From a virus (Duplodnaviria > Caudoviricetes), in the IMG/VR virus record IMGVR_UViG_3300048574_000064, positions 1-29,526 of that record: a stretch of DNA of 29,526 nucleotides; one strand, 5' to 3'. The position numbers and the translations under genes were made by a program. Shown here piece by piece: positions 16,341-26,674 of this stretch. Positions within the stretch are counted from its first letter, which is position 1; every line of letters begins with the position of its first letter. The notes beneath the pieces are model-generated. The model made no database searches. It was not told where the DNA came from and saw only the letters and a list, made by a program, of their open reading frames with translations.

Positions 16341-16657
16341 TTCAAGCTGGCTCACTCGACACGCTCATCACCATTGAGCAATCGACAGAAATCCAAAACG
16401 CAGTAGGTGAACCGATTGCCGTCTGGACCGAATTCTGCAAAGCGTATGCCGCCAAGTCGTACAGAACAGGCAAAGAGTTCTTTCAAGCTGGCCGAACCGT
16501 TGCCGAAGGAACGGTCCATTTCACCATTCGGCATATCGACGGCATCACAACAAAAATGAGAGTGTCGCATGATGGCGTCCTGTACAACATCCTGTTTGTG
16601 AAACTCTCCAACAAACGGCGTGAATCCATCGAACTCGAATGTACTCAAGTCGCCTGA
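16337..16657 (+). CDS. Head closure / head-tail adaptor
   Basis: MIQAGSLDTLITIE, GEPIAVW, FTIRH..GITTKMRV, YNI. Confidence 0.92.
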   Translation: MIQAGSLDTLITIEQSTEIQNAVGEPIAVWTEFCKAYAAKSYRTGKEFFQAGRTVAEGTVHFTIRHIDGITTKMRVSHDGVLYNILFVKLSNKRRESIELECTQVA

Positions 16658-16682
16658 TGGACCAGAATCCATAAATACTGTC

Positions 16683-17189
16683 ATGGCAAGATCAGTGAGC
16701 GTTGATGGGCTTTCCAAGCTCCAACGGAACGTGCATCAAATTGTTGACAAGGCGCAAGGTGAAGCCGTCATGACAGTCCTTGGCAGGGCCGCAAACCAAT
16801 TCCGCAGACAGGCCATCGCCAACGCCGAATCCGAAGGTCTGCCGAAGGAAGTCGCTGATTCAATCTTTGCCTACGGGCGTCTGACGAAGGTTCGGAAGAA
16901 TCCATCAGCCTTGGTTGGCATCAAACGTGGTCCTGGTTCACCTTCTTACGTCGAATGGGTTGCTCACACTCCAACGGGAACCAGAAGCGCACAAGGCACA
17001 GGCAGAACCATCAACGCCAAGGCTGAACCCGGCAAAGTCATCGGAATGTCGCTGGCGTCGATGTTTGAATATGGAACCTCCAAGATGCCGCCAAGACCGT
17101 ATTTCGCACGAGCACTAAAAGAGAAGAGACCGGAAGTGAGAGCATTTGTAAGAGAAGAACTGTTGAAGGTTCTGACTCGGGTTGAATAG
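16683..17189 (+). CDS. HK97 gp10-like tail completion protein
   Basis: VDGLSKL, FEYGTSKMPPRPYF; start moved to ATG 16683, 5 nt after ATAAATA. Confidence 0.88.
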   Translation: MARSVSVDGLSKLQRNVHQIVDKAQGEAVMTVLGRAANQFRRQAIANAESEGLPKEVADSIFAYGRLTKVRKNPSALVGIKRGPGSPSYVEWVAHTPTGTRSAQGTGRTINAKAEPGKVIGMSLASMFEYGTSKMPPRPYFARALKEKRPEVRAFVREELLKVLTRVE

Positions 17190-17191
17190 CC

Positions 17192-17545
17192 GTGATCGAA
17201 TCAGAAATCAGAGCACTTCTCATCAACATCGGAATCGCCAAAGTGTATCCAATCGCAGCACCACAGGATACAGCATTGCCCTATGCGGTCCTGAATCGGA
17301 TCACCACCGATTCCGAATTGACGATGGATGGCGATGCGGCACTGAAGACAAACATCATTCAGATTTCCTATTTCTCTCAAAGCTCAACAGACGCACTCAC
17401 CAAAGCAGACGCCATCAGAACCGCATTGGATGGTTATCAGGGCGGCTCCATTCAATTGTCTTCCATTCAGAATGAAGGCTCCGCTTACGAATTTGACACG
17501 AAGCTCTATCACGTCTTCCAGCGGTACTCTCTGATTCACAGTTAG
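17192..17545 (+). CDS. Tail terminator (DUF3168-like)
   Basis: KVYPIAAPQDTALPYAV, IQIS, IRTALDGY; synteny. Confidence 0.85.
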   Translation: MIESEIRALLINIGIAKVYPIAAPQDTALPYAVLNRITTDSELTMDGDAALKTNIIQISYFSQSSTDALTKADAIRTALDGYQGGSIQLSSIQNEGSAYEFDTKLYHVFQRYSLIHS

Positions 17546-17553
17546 GCGCATTG

Positions 17554-17586
17554 ATAAATACCTTCGAGATTCCTTCGGAGGTATTT
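17554..17586 (+). promoter_or_regulatory. ATAAATA late promoter embedded in a 13-bp hairpin that sequesters the tail-tube SD
   Basis: AAATACCTTCGAG (17556-17568) pairs with TTCGGAGGTATTT (17574-17586), which contains GGAGGT. Confidence 0.7.
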
Positions 17587-17591
17587 CCAAA

Positions 17592-18011
17592 TTGGCTAAT
17601 AAGTATGCTGCCTATGGCGCTCAGATCGGCTTCGGCTCACCAATTGTCACTGTTGCGTCCGTCAAGTCGATTTCTGGTCCAAAACTCAGTGCCGAACAAT
17701 TAGATGTCACAACGCACGATTCGGCATCTTCGTATCGTGAGTTCGTCGCTTCATTCAAGGACAGTGGCGATGTCCAAATCACTGTCGTCTTCGATCCCGC
17801 CGAAGCCTCTCACGGCTCTTCAACGGGTCTTCTTTCGCTATTTGAATCTGGAGCGAAGACCGCATTCAAAATCACATTCCATTCGACGCCAGCGTCCAAC
17901 CTGTCATTCTCTGGCATTGTGACCGGGTTTGAATGGTCAAATCAGGAAGTCAACAGCATTCTTGAGGCTTCCATCACGATCAAGGTCAGTGGTCCTGTAA
18001 CCCTCGACTAA
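17592..18011 (+). CDS. Major tail tube protein
   Basis: VKSISGP, LDVTTHDS, KDSGDV, FSGIVTGF, ASITIKVSG; TTG start with GGAGGT. Confidence 0.92.
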   Translation: MANKYAAYGAQIGFGSPIVTVASVKSISGPKLSAEQLDVTTHDSASSYREFVASFKDSGDVQITVVFDPAEASHGSSTGLLSLFESGAKTAFKITFHSTPASNLSFSGIVTGFEWSNQEVNSILEASITIKVSGPVTLD

Positions 18012-18016
18012 GCACT

Positions 18017-18352
18017 ATGCGTGAATATCCTGTAAATCTCAAAGTTGCATTCGATTTGGGTGACGGCAAAATCCGTCACCTTGTCGTCACAACTGGTGCC
18101 CTCAGACGCCTTGACCAGAATCATGGCATTCGTTTCGATTCGGAATTTCTCAACCAGCCGCTTTACAAGATTGTGCCAGCCGCAATAGCCGAAAGTACGA
18201 TTGAGAAAGACATCACCATCGAAGACGTGGAAGAGCTTCCTGTAAGCACGCTCGAAGCTCTGGCATCTTCGTTCTTCTCGGCCTTAGCAAAATCAGTAGG
18301 AGTAGACGAACTCCCAAACGTCATTACGAGTCAGCCAGCCGCAAACCAGTAG
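18017..18352 (+). CDS. Tail assembly chaperone (gpG-like)
   Basis: Lies between tail tube and tape measure; slippery C-CCA-AAC at 18313-18319. Confidence 0.8.
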   Translation: MREYPVNLKVAFDLGDGKIRHLVVTTGALRRLDQNHGIRFDSEFLNQPLYKIVPAAIAESTIEKDITIEDVEELPVSTLEALASSFFSALAKSVGVDELPNVITSQPAANQ

Positions 18353-18693
18353 ATTGGCTGACTCTGTGGGCAGACGCCAGAGTCTACCTTAGTATTGAAG
18401 AAGATGAACTTTGGTCGCTCACCTTTGTTGAACTGAACAAGCTATTCGACACCTTCAAGCGCAAACAGGCATTTGAAGATTATCGGTTTGGCAAGTTGTG
18501 TGAAGTCATTGCTGCATCACAAGGCGCAAAAGCGAACAACGGCAATCCACTCACGCCAGCCTTCTTTTTCCCAACTGTGAATCAACTGACAATCGAATCA
18601 GACGGCAATGATTCATCAACCATGTCGGCAGAACAAATGACCACTTGGGCCAAACGATTTGCTTTGATCCAAGGCACGACACCAAAAGAGTAA
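18319..18693 (+). CDS. gpT-like -1 frameshift extension of the tail chaperone
   Basis: The -1 frame is open from the slippery site to TAA 18693 and reads ...YLSIEEDELWSLTFVEL... Confidence 0.8.
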   Translation, partial: RHYESASRKPVDWLTLWADARVYLSIEEDELWSLTFVELNKLFDTFKRKQAFEDYRFGKLCEVIAASQGAKANNGNPLTPAFFFPTVNQLTIESDGNDSSTMSAEQMTTWAKRFALIQGTTPKE

Positions 18694-18701
18694 ATACTGC
18701 T

Positions 18702-21239
18702 ATGTCCACATTAGGCGATCTGATTGTAAGGGTTGGAGCGAACGTATCCGGTTTTCAGGATGCGATGACTTCTGTTTTGGACCGTGCCGAAAAGACAGTC
18801 AAGGGTGTCGAAAGACAATTTGCTTCGCTCGACAAACTTGGAACTCGTCTCAGTGGACTTGGGCAAAATCTCACTTTTGCTCTGACATTGCCCATCGTAG
18901 GCGTCGGCAGTGCTGCTGTTAGGTCGGCAATGGACATGGAGAGTCTTGAAAAGGGTCTGATTGCCGTTGCCGGGTCCGCTGATGCTGCCAAGGCACAGAT
19001 GGTCAGATTGCAGGAGGTCGCCAAGCTGCCCGGACTTGGCATGTCAGAGGCGATCAAGGCCAGCATCAACCTGCAATCGGCTGGCATGTCCGCACAGACC
19101 GCCGAACGGTACGTCAAAGCCTTCGGCAACGCACTCGCTACCGTCGGCAAGGGCAAGGCAGAACTACAAGGCGTCATCGAACAGCTTCGCCAGATGTCCA
19201 GCAAGGCCAAGGTGACGGCTGATGACCTGAAGCCGATCATGAACGCTACTCCACAGGTGGCAAAGATCGTCAAGGAAGCGTTCGGAACCATCGACACGGA
19301 ACAGCTTCAGAAGATGGGGGTGAGCACAGCCATGTTCCTTGATGTGGTTGTTGCTGGCCTTGAGAAGTTGCCTCCAGCCGGGAACTCCACAAAGAACACG
19401 TTCGAGAACCTCTCAGACGCAATCCAACGGGCATCTTCATCCATCGGCAAGAATCTCCTGCCTCTGATGAACACGCTCATTCCGTTGGTGGAGCGTGCCG
19501 CAAACACGGTCGGTCAGTGGGGTGAAGAGTTCGGCAAACTTGACCCGGCAACACAGAGCTTCAGCATTGCCTTGGCTGGCGTCCTCGCTGTTTCGCCGTT
19601 GGTCGTCACTGCCATCGGAAGCATGGCGTCTGGCGTAAAAGGGTTGGCTGTCGCTTTCACCTATTTGCAGGGTCTTGGCGCATTCAAGATGCTCTTTTCT
19701 CCTGTCGGCCTGACCATCCTGACAGCGATGGCGGCAACGGCTGTCGTCTTGAAAGAACTGAAGAACCTCGACAGTCTTGGCAAGGCTGGCACTGATCGTG
19801 TGTACGCCGAAGCCACGAAGAAAGCTCAAGCCGATGAAAAGATGATGCTGGCCGAATCCGAAGCCGCATGGAAGACGCACGATGCCGCCATTGCCAAATC
19901 GGACCAAGAGCGAATTCAGAAGCAATTGGCTGGACTCGCAACGACCAAGGACAAGCACGAGAAAGAAGTTCAATTCGCACAAAAGAAGCTCTCCCTGTCA
20001 TTGGAAGAGCGTGCGTCACTGGACCTCACAGGCGAACGCTACAAGTCCGCTGAACAGTGGATTTACAACTACTACCGAACCAAGGCACTCGACAAGCAAC
20101 TAACTCAAGAACTGGTTGAAATTGGCGCTGGCCTCAGAACTGCACTATCAGATCAGACCGCAGAATACGCCAAACAGATTGAACCACTCGACCAAGTTGC
20201 CGAACGTCTGGAATCACTCAACAGGGCGGCTCAGTCCCTTTCGGAAATCAAAGTCTCTGATGGTCTCAAGGTCAGTTACGACAAAGCGACTGAAGCAATG
20301 CTGAAGTATCAGGATCGGCTGTCAGACCTTGGCGTCAAGACGGATGAAATCATGCGTGCGTCGAAAGAGAAGGTCAAGGATGCCATGCTCTCGACCATTG
20401 CCGCATATCAGTCTGGAGCAATCAGCTTGGACGAATTCAAGCGGGTCTATGCCGACCTCTTGAAACTTTACAACACGAAACCCGGCAGTGGTTCAAGCCA
20501 GCAAAAGACCGTCTTGACTGAAATCTCAACTGTTCTGACGAACATGAATCAGGACATTGCCGACGCTATTGTCAACTGGAAAGGTTTTGGCGATACGGCA
20601 ATGAATGTCTTAAAGCAAATTGGTAAAGCCATCATTGCGAACATCCTCGAAAAGATGGTGCTCACGTCAGGCCGTCTTGACGCCATCACAGGCGCACTCG
20701 GGGCGGGGTTGAAGAAGATCGGACTTGGCTCTCTGGTCGGTGGCGCAACCAAGGCTGCTGACATCGGATCAACAGCCGCTCAGACAGCTTCCAGTGCTGC
20801 TTCGAGTTCATCAGGTGCATTGGGCGCAATCGGCGGCATCGGTGGAGCCGTCAACATGGTGTCAGGTGTCGTGTCGGCAATCGGCTCTCTGGGAAGCATG
20901 TTCATGATGGGCAAAATGAACTCGAAGCTCTTCCAGATTCAGAGTTCGATGGTTGGTCTTGTCGGCAACTCCACAGGTCTGAACGAACAAATCAACGAAT
21001 ACTTGCCAGCACTCAAAGGGATTGAAGAGCGCATCAAGCAGCTAATCACTGGTGGCCTTGGCATCTACTCATTTCCTGATTCCGAAGTGCGTGTCCGCAT
21101 GGCAGATTCCAGCTTGGTTGGCGTTGGTGGGCAGATGGTCGTCAACGTCTCTGGTGGCTATTTCATGACCGATGGCGCACTGGACAGCTTCATCGACACA
21201 TTCATTACACGGCTTCGGCAGCGTGGCCTGAAGGTGTAG
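18702..21239 (+). CDS. Tape measure protein (845 aa)
   Basis: MSTLGDLIVRVGANVSGF start, Ala/Gly-rich helical sequence, hydrophobic segments; start moved to ATG 18702, 5 nt after GTAAATA. Confidence 0.95.
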   Translation: MSTLGDLIVRVGANVSGFQDAMTSVLDRAEKTVKGVERQFASLDKLGTRLSGLGQNLTFALTLPIVGVGSAAVRSAMDMESLEKGLIAVAGSADAAKAQMVRLQEVAKLPGLGMSEAIKASINLQSAGMSAQTAERYVKAFGNALATVGKGKAELQGVIEQLRQMSSKAKVTADDLKPIMNATPQVAKIVKEAFGTIDTEQLQKMGVSTAMFLDVVVAGLEKLPPAGNSTKNTFENLSDAIQRASSSIGKNLLPLMNTLIPLVERAANTVGQWGEEFGKLDPATQSFSIALAGVLAVSPLVVTAIGSMASGVKGLAVAFTYLQGLGAFKMLFSPVGLTILTAMAATAVVLKELKNLDSLGKAGTDRVYAEATKKAQADEKMMLAESEAAWKTHDAAIAKSDQERIQKQLAGLATTKDKHEKEVQFAQKKLSLSLEERASLDLTGERYKSAEQWIYNYYRTKALDKQLTQELVEIGAGLRTALSDQTAEYAKQIEPLDQVAERLESLNRAAQSLSEIKVSDGLKVSYDKATEAMLKYQDRLSDLGVKTDEIMRASKEKVKDAMLSTIAAYQSGAISLDEFKRVYADLLKLYNTKPGSGSSQQKTVLTEISTVLTNMNQDIADAIVNWKGFGDTAMNVLKQIGKAIIANILEKMVLTSGRLDAITGALGAGLKKIGLGSLVGGATKAADIGSTAAQTASSAASSSSGALGAIGGIGGAVNMVSGVVSAIGSLGSMFMMGKMNSKLFQIQSSMVGLVGNSTGLNEQINEYLPALKGIEERIKQLITGGLGIYSFPDSEVRVRMADSSLVGVGGQMVVNVSGGYFMTDGALDSFIDTFITRLRQRGLKV

Positions 21240-21241
21240 CC

Positions 21242-22561
21242 ATGCCGTTCACAGTCACCATTGGCACGACAGAGCGGAGCATTGCGGAAGGCTCACTGTC
21301 CGTCACGTCAACATTAGGCCAAATCGGAACAGCAGAGATTACCCTGCCCGATGTCGATTCATCCATTCATGTTGAAGTCGGTCAGCCGCTCACAGTGACC
21401 GAAGACGCACAAAAGCTCTTCGCCGGGACCATTTCCGATTTCACTCTCGCCAGACCCAACAACCAAGGGTTCCGCACGCTCACGCTTTCAGCACAGGACT
21501 GGAATGCACTGCCAGCAAGGTACTCGGCTGGTGAATACGAATGGCCGAAAGAAACACGGCTCAACAACATCATTCGTGACATCGTAAGCGGCTCTCCGAT
21601 GCACGATGACGGAATCGACCTCACTCATGTTGCGGCTGGTGGTGGCGACCTGACGACGGACGTTTACAATCCCGTCTACATCACAATTGCCGACGCCTTC
21701 AATGAACTGGCCGCAACCTACAAGAAAATTTGGCGTCTCGACTATGACAAGGTGCTGACGTTTTCCGATTGGCAAGCTGGCGTCATTTCCGCTACGATCA
21801 CCGAAACCAGCAAGAACGTGTGTGCTGGAACGATCAAGTGCCGTTCCACACTTGAGCAATACGCAAATTACGTCATCGTCCGATACAACAATTTCATTTC
21901 TGATTTCACGCAGAGCTTCGTCGGCAATGGAACCCTGAAAGATTTCACTGTCGAGAACCCTATCGTGGTCGTGCCGACAGTCCGGGTGAACGGCACGATT
22001 CAGACGATGGGCATTGCTGGAACCGACACAGGCAAGCAATGTTACTGGTCGCAAAGCAGCAAGGAAATTTCGTTTGAATCCGCACCAGCAAACGGAGCGA
22101 CCATTGCCGTTGAGTATCGTGGCAAGGTCGATGCGATCAGAGACGCCATAGATGCGGCTGGAGTCAACACCATGAAGGACGTTGTTGGCGGCTCTGGTGT
22201 ATTTGCCAAGGTGGTCAACGTCAGCACTGAGACCACTGGAGACGCAGCACAGGCCATCGCAGACCGTCTGTTGGCGAAGTACTCTCACATCGCCTACGTC
22301 ATCACCTTCGATTCGTTCGACATCACGGCGCAAGTTGGCGACCGCATCTCAGTCAATCTCGCTGGCGTCCCTGTCGGCAACTACGTCGTTCGTTCGGTCA
22401 AGACGTACATGCAGGGAACCAAGCTCAGACGGAATTTCGAGATTGTGACGGGCAACATCCTCAGTGACGGATTCGACGCATTTTCGCAGTTTGGCGGCAC
22501 AACAGTTCTGATCGGCGGCTCTGTCGGTGATTCGGCTGGTTCTCTCGTTCCAACCTACTGA
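21242..22561 (+). CDS. Tail tip / baseplate hub-like protein
   Basis: Beta-rich; LFAGTI, LSAQDW, WRLDYDKVLTF, YANYVIVR, VGDRISV; follows the tape measure gene. Confidence 0.75.
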   Translation: MPFTVTIGTTERSIAEGSLSVTSTLGQIGTAEITLPDVDSSIHVEVGQPLTVTEDAQKLFAGTISDFTLARPNNQGFRTLTLSAQDWNALPARYSAGEYEWPKETRLNNIIRDIVSGSPMHDDGIDLTHVAAGGGDLTTDVYNPVYITIADAFNELAATYKKIWRLDYDKVLTFSDWQAGVISATITETSKNVCAGTIKCRSTLEQYANYVIVRYNNFISDFTQSFVGNGTLKDFTVENPIVVVPTVRVNGTIQTMGIAGTDTGKQCYWSQSSKEISFESAPANGATIAVEYRGKVDAIRDAIDAAGVNTMKDVVGGSGVFAKVVNVSTETTGDAAQAIADRLLAKYSHIAYVITFDSFDITAQVGDRISVNLAGVPVGNYVVRSVKTYMQGTKLRRNFEIVTGNILSDGFDAFSQFGGTTVLIGGSVGDSAGSLVPTY

Positions 22562-22582
22562 CCCGCTGAAATAAATACCTCT

Positions 22583-25500
22583 ATGTCGCAACAATTCCCG
22601 GATGCAATCGGCCAATCCCTGTCTGACTTTCTCGGCACTCGCCCAAACGTGAAGCAGTGGGGTGCTGTCGGTGATGCCATCCAATTGACTGATGGCGTCG
22701 TGTCATCAGGGTCGGTTGTGGTGACTTCGGCAACCGCAACCTTCAAGGCGTCCGATGTGGGCAAGACCATTGTTGTAAAGGGTGCTGGAGCTTCTGGCAA
22801 AATCCTCAAGACCACCATCACGAAATTCACCGACGCTCATACCATCGAAATTGGCTCGGCCAGCGGAATTTCTGCAAATGGCGTCACGGCCACTTACGGC
22901 ACTGACGATACCAACGCCTTCAAGAAAGCCTACGCCAGCATCCACGATCACGGCGGCGGGACGCTGTTTGTGCCGGGTGGCCTCTACCTGCTGACAGACA
23001 CGCTGATTTTGGACGGGCCTTTCTCAATGGAGGGTTGCGGCATGAAGATTGACAAGGTGACCGACTATGCGGCTGGTAACAAGTCTTTCACGGCGCTGCT
23101 GAGCACATCCAATCCGATCATTTGGGCGAGGCCGTATCCAACCATCTCAATCGACAAGATGCTGCTTTGCGGCCTTGGAACGACAGGAACGCTTGATCTC
23201 TTCGAGGTCGCCAACTATCAATCTCAGATCGGTGTATGGGCAGGGTGTCCAGTCTATCCCTTGCCAACACTGCCAGCCGACACCTATGGCTACGCCGGGT
23301 CCGGTTCGCTGTACATGGACCGGGTTTCCTTCTCTGGCGATCTTGGATGGGGAATCTATGCGCCGAAGCTGTGGGGTCAATCCACGCTGTCAAACCTCTT
23401 CTTTTACTACGTGGGCACGGTTCCCGAAGGTGGCGACAAGACCCACTACGGCGCAATGAACTTCCAAGGCGAGTGCGCCGATGTCGTCATCAACGGCGTT
23501 CATGCCATCGGACACAACGCCGGGGCTGTCATCAAATTTGGTTGCACGACAGCAGAGGCAGCAACCATGAACCGCTTCTATACCGTCTGCACGCACTTCA
23601 AAGTCAACAATGTGTTCACCGAAGGCACAGGACACTATCCTCTGTTGATTCGCTCACTGGTGCGAAGCTCATTTGAGAATTGTCACTTCGGCGGAACCTA
23701 TCAAGAGTTCGAGTTTGGTGAAAAGAATTTTGTTCACCCGTTCAATTGCGAATTCACGATGTCTGATTGTGGCGCATACAACGTTCCCGAGATGAACATC
23801 TTTGCATGGCGGGTGATGCTCGACAATTGGGTTTCGGAAGGCTGGACCACGACCAATGTGAATTATTGGTATTCAGGCATCACTGTTCGTGGTCGGAATT
23901 TGATCCTGCAACCATCAGGCGACAAAACCAAATCCTATGGCGGCAACATCGACAAGGTTGCCAACCTGCCTGTAGCGATCACGGATGAGCCAAGAGACTC
24001 GACGGACTTGGTTCCTGATTTCGATTCGCCATCGTGGTCATACTCTACTGGTGAACCAAAGGTCTGGCGGATGTCGGCAAATGAGATCAGGCTCTATGAA
24101 GCAACGGCAACCTGCAACATCACTGGATTGATTCCGGGTGAAGTATACACTTTTGCTTTCCGACACAAAACAGAATTGTCTTATGGCTATGACCTGTCGT
24201 ATCGCCTTTATGAAACGGGTGGCTCTGACATCCTTGCCAACAAGCTCGGATTGTACGAAGACATCTCCAACAAAGAGCAATTCATCCTTGCTCAGTTCAT
24301 CGCACCAGCTTCAGGCAACTTATCAATCGAATTTGCCACAACTTCAACCAATCAAACCTATTGGTCAAAGCCCTTCATCGGTAAGGGTCCGCACACCGAA
24401 GTTACGGCTGGCGAGTATTTTATTGCCGTCGAAGCTACAACTGGTGACATTGTAGGGCACTCAGTCAAGGGCAAACAGAGCACTGAAGTAAGCGGAAACT
24501 TCATCTCACGGTCTTTCACTGGCCTGAAGACCATGCTCACCAGCGTGATTGATTCGACCTTCAAGCGGCTTGGACTTGGCTTCAACATCGGATTCAACGG
24601 TGACAAATGGGTGATTGACACTGACGGCACTGACACTGGTGCGGCTCTCATCACAGGCGATCCGCATTCCGGCAATGTGGATTTTTACGGAATCCCATCA
24701 GACAATACATTGCGAGTCCGCAGACTGTCATCCAGTGACCTGACGCAGTACAAACGTTTCACTGTGGCCGAAAATCACAATCACGCTTTTTGGGGCGTGG
24801 CTGGCGTTGACCACAACTTACATTTTTCCAAGATCGGAAATTTGTCGTCATCGAATGTGGACTTCATGTTTGCTCATTCTGGTACTGGTTTGCGCCTTTA
24901 TGCCAACGATGGAACCGACTATTGGTACAACGTCTGGAATGCTGACTATGCGACAAAGACCCTGCTTTTGAACGACAAGACAAAAATCCAGTCTGACGGA
25001 TCAATCGTGCTGATGAACGGTTCGACACTGACAAGTTCGAGCGGAAGTCCAGAAGGCAACCAAGACAGACCAAAGGGCAGCATTCATCTGGACATGTCGA
25101 GCGGAACAATTTGGTTCAAGTCAACGGCATCAGGCTTCAACACTGGTTGGAAGTCATTGGGTCCGATCTTCGAGATTTCGCAAGGTGCGGATTCTGGCTA
25201 CGGAACGCCAGCGGTGAAACTGATCGCTCACAACAACTACGGCAACACTCCAAAGGATGCGCTGGTCCTTGAACGTGATGTGTCTGGCGATGTCGGAGCA
25301 AACGGCAACGGCGTCTCTGTGCTGGCGAGAGTGGAAGACAGCACTGGAACGGTGGTCGATAGCGCACGCATGGCCTTCGACTTGCAGAACGCCACGACCA
25401 ACCAAGGCCGATTCATCCTCCAGCTTCGAGACGGAAACCAGATGTACTCTGCCTTTGCCGTCGAGAAGGATGGCAAGACATACATCCGCACAGGCCAATC

Positions 25501-26659
25501 TCTGTTCGGCGGCAACAACTCACCTGAAGGCGTCGTGTCGTCCGCTGTTGGCTCTTTGTACATGGATGCCGTCAACGGTGCTCTCTACGTCAAGAACACC
25601 GGAACCGGAAACACAGGCTGGAAGCGGCTGTTCGATGGCGCAATCAACGTCAATCAAGGGTCTGAGTCAGGGTACGGCACAGCACCGTTCCAAATTGCAT
25701 TCCAGAACAACTCTGGCATCGGCTGGAAGGACGCCATCAAGATCACTCGTTCAGTGAATGGCGACGTGAGCGGATTGACGGGCAATGGCGTTTCCATCCT
25801 CGCCAATGTGGAAAACCATGCTGGCGTTCAAATCGACGCAGCACGGTTCATCATGGACCTCTCAGACGCCAACGAACTTCCATTGCCGAACGGTTCCGCA
25901 AAGGGCCGAATGGTGTTCCAGCTTCACAACGCCGGGTCAATGGAGAATGCGTTGTTGTTGGACTATGACGGCAAAATCACGTTGAAGACTGGCTTGACCA
26001 TTCGGTGCGGAACAGGATCGCCAGAAGGCGTCTATTCTGACCCGGCAGGTTCCCTTTTTGTCTCGTCATCTGGTCTGTTCATGAAGACCGGAACCGGGAA
26101 CACAGGATGGCAATCCCTCAGTGTGGACATCGTAGCCAAGACGCTCACTTTGAAGGATGACAACTGCGATTTGACGATGAAGAAAAGCGGCGGAACGGTG
26201 GTCTTTCATGTCACAAAAGACGGTCAACTGTTCACCAATGATACCGTTCTCACAGGCACAGGGACGGCAACCAACGTCTTCAACGTCAAATCGAGTGGCG
26301 GGACTGACATTCTCAAAGCTGGCAACGACGGAAGCACAACGGCGGTCAAACTGGTCGTCACAACCGATGTATGGCTACAAAGCAAGTCGGCTGGCGTGAT
26401 GAAAGTCGATTCAAACGCCAAAGTGGTCACTGGCAGCGTGGATTTGGCCTCTGGTGAAGTCGCTGGCCTCTTGCCTATCTCGAAGGGTGGAACAGGTGCG
26501 GCAACAGCGTCAGGGGCACGCACGGCCATTGGTGCGGCGGCGGCTTCTGGGTTGGGCGCTGGTTCCGCAACATTGGCGAAACTGACGCCGGGTGGAACGA
26601 ATGGTTCGATTGGCTGGAATGACGATGGAGTTATCACATCCATCACGCAACCGACCTGA
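22583..26659 (+). CDS. Tail spike/fibre receptor-binding protein with pectate-lyase-like beta-helix and repeated modules
   Basis: NVKQWGAVGD, TDDTNAF, GGTLFVPGGLYL; 3x SPEG...GS...K..G.NTGW; C-terminal LPISKGGTGA. Confidence 0.85.
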   Translation: MSQQFPDAIGQSLSDFLGTRPNVKQWGAVGDAIQLTDGVVSSGSVVVTSATATFKASDVGKTIVVKGAGASGKILKTTITKFTDAHTIEIGSASGISANGVTATYGTDDTNAFKKAYASIHDHGGGTLFVPGGLYLLTDTLILDGPFSMEGCGMKIDKVTDYAAGNKSFTALLSTSNPIIWARPYPTISIDKMLLCGLGTTGTLDLFEVANYQSQIGVWAGCPVYPLPTLPADTYGYAGSGSLYMDRVSFSGDLGWGIYAPKLWGQSTLSNLFFYYVGTVPEGGDKTHYGAMNFQGECADVVINGVHAIGHNAGAVIKFGCTTAEAATMNRFYTVCTHFKVNNVFTEGTGHYPLLIRSLVRSSFENCHFGGTYQEFEFGEKNFVHPFNCEFTMSDCGAYNVPEMNIFAWRVMLDNWVSEGWTTTNVNYWYSGITVRGRNLILQPSGDKTKSYGGNIDKVANLPVAITDEPRDSTDLVPDFDSPSWSYSTGEPKVWRMSANEIRLYEATATCNITGLIPGEVYTFAFRHKTELSYGYDLSYRLYETGGSDILANKLGLYEDISNKEQFILAQFIAPASGNLSIEFATTSTNQTYWSKPFIGKGPHTEVTAGEYFIAVEATTGDIVGHSVKGKQSTEVSGNFISRSFTGLKTMLTSVIDSTFKRLGLGFNIGFNGDKWVIDTDGTDTGAALITGDPHSGNVDFYGIPSDNTLRVRRLSSSDLTQYKRFTVAENHNHAFWGVAGVDHNLHFSKIGNLSSSNVDFMFAHSGTGLRLYANDGTDYWYNVWNADYATKTLLLNDKTKIQSDGSIVLMNGSTLTSSSGSPEGNQDRPKGSIHLDMSSGTIWFKSTASGFNTGWKSLGPIFEISQGADSGYGTPAVKLIAHNNYGNTPKDALVLERDVSGDVGANGNGVSVLARVEDSTGTVVDSARMAFDLQNATTNQGRFILQLRDGNQMYSAFAVEKDGKTYIRTGQSLFGGNNSPEGVVSSAVGSLYMDAVNGALYVKNTGTGNTGWKRLFDGAINVNQGSESGYGTAPFQIAFQNNSGIGWKDAIKITRSVNGDVSGLTGNGVSILANVENHAGVQIDAARFIMDLSDANELPLPNGSAKGRMVFQLHNAGSMENALLLDYDGKITLKTGLTIRCGTGSPEGVYSDPAGSLFVSSSGLFMKTGTGNTGWQSLSVDIVAKTLTLKDDNCDLTMKKSGGTVVFHVTKDGQLFTNDTVLTGTGTATNVFNVKSSGGTDILKAGNDGSTTAVKLVVTTDVWLQSKSAGVMKVDSNAKVVTGSVDLASGEVAGLLPISKGGTGAATASGARTAIGAAAASGLGAGSATLAKLTPGGTNGSIGWNDDGVITSITQPT

Positions 26660-26674
26660 TAAATAAATATCTGC

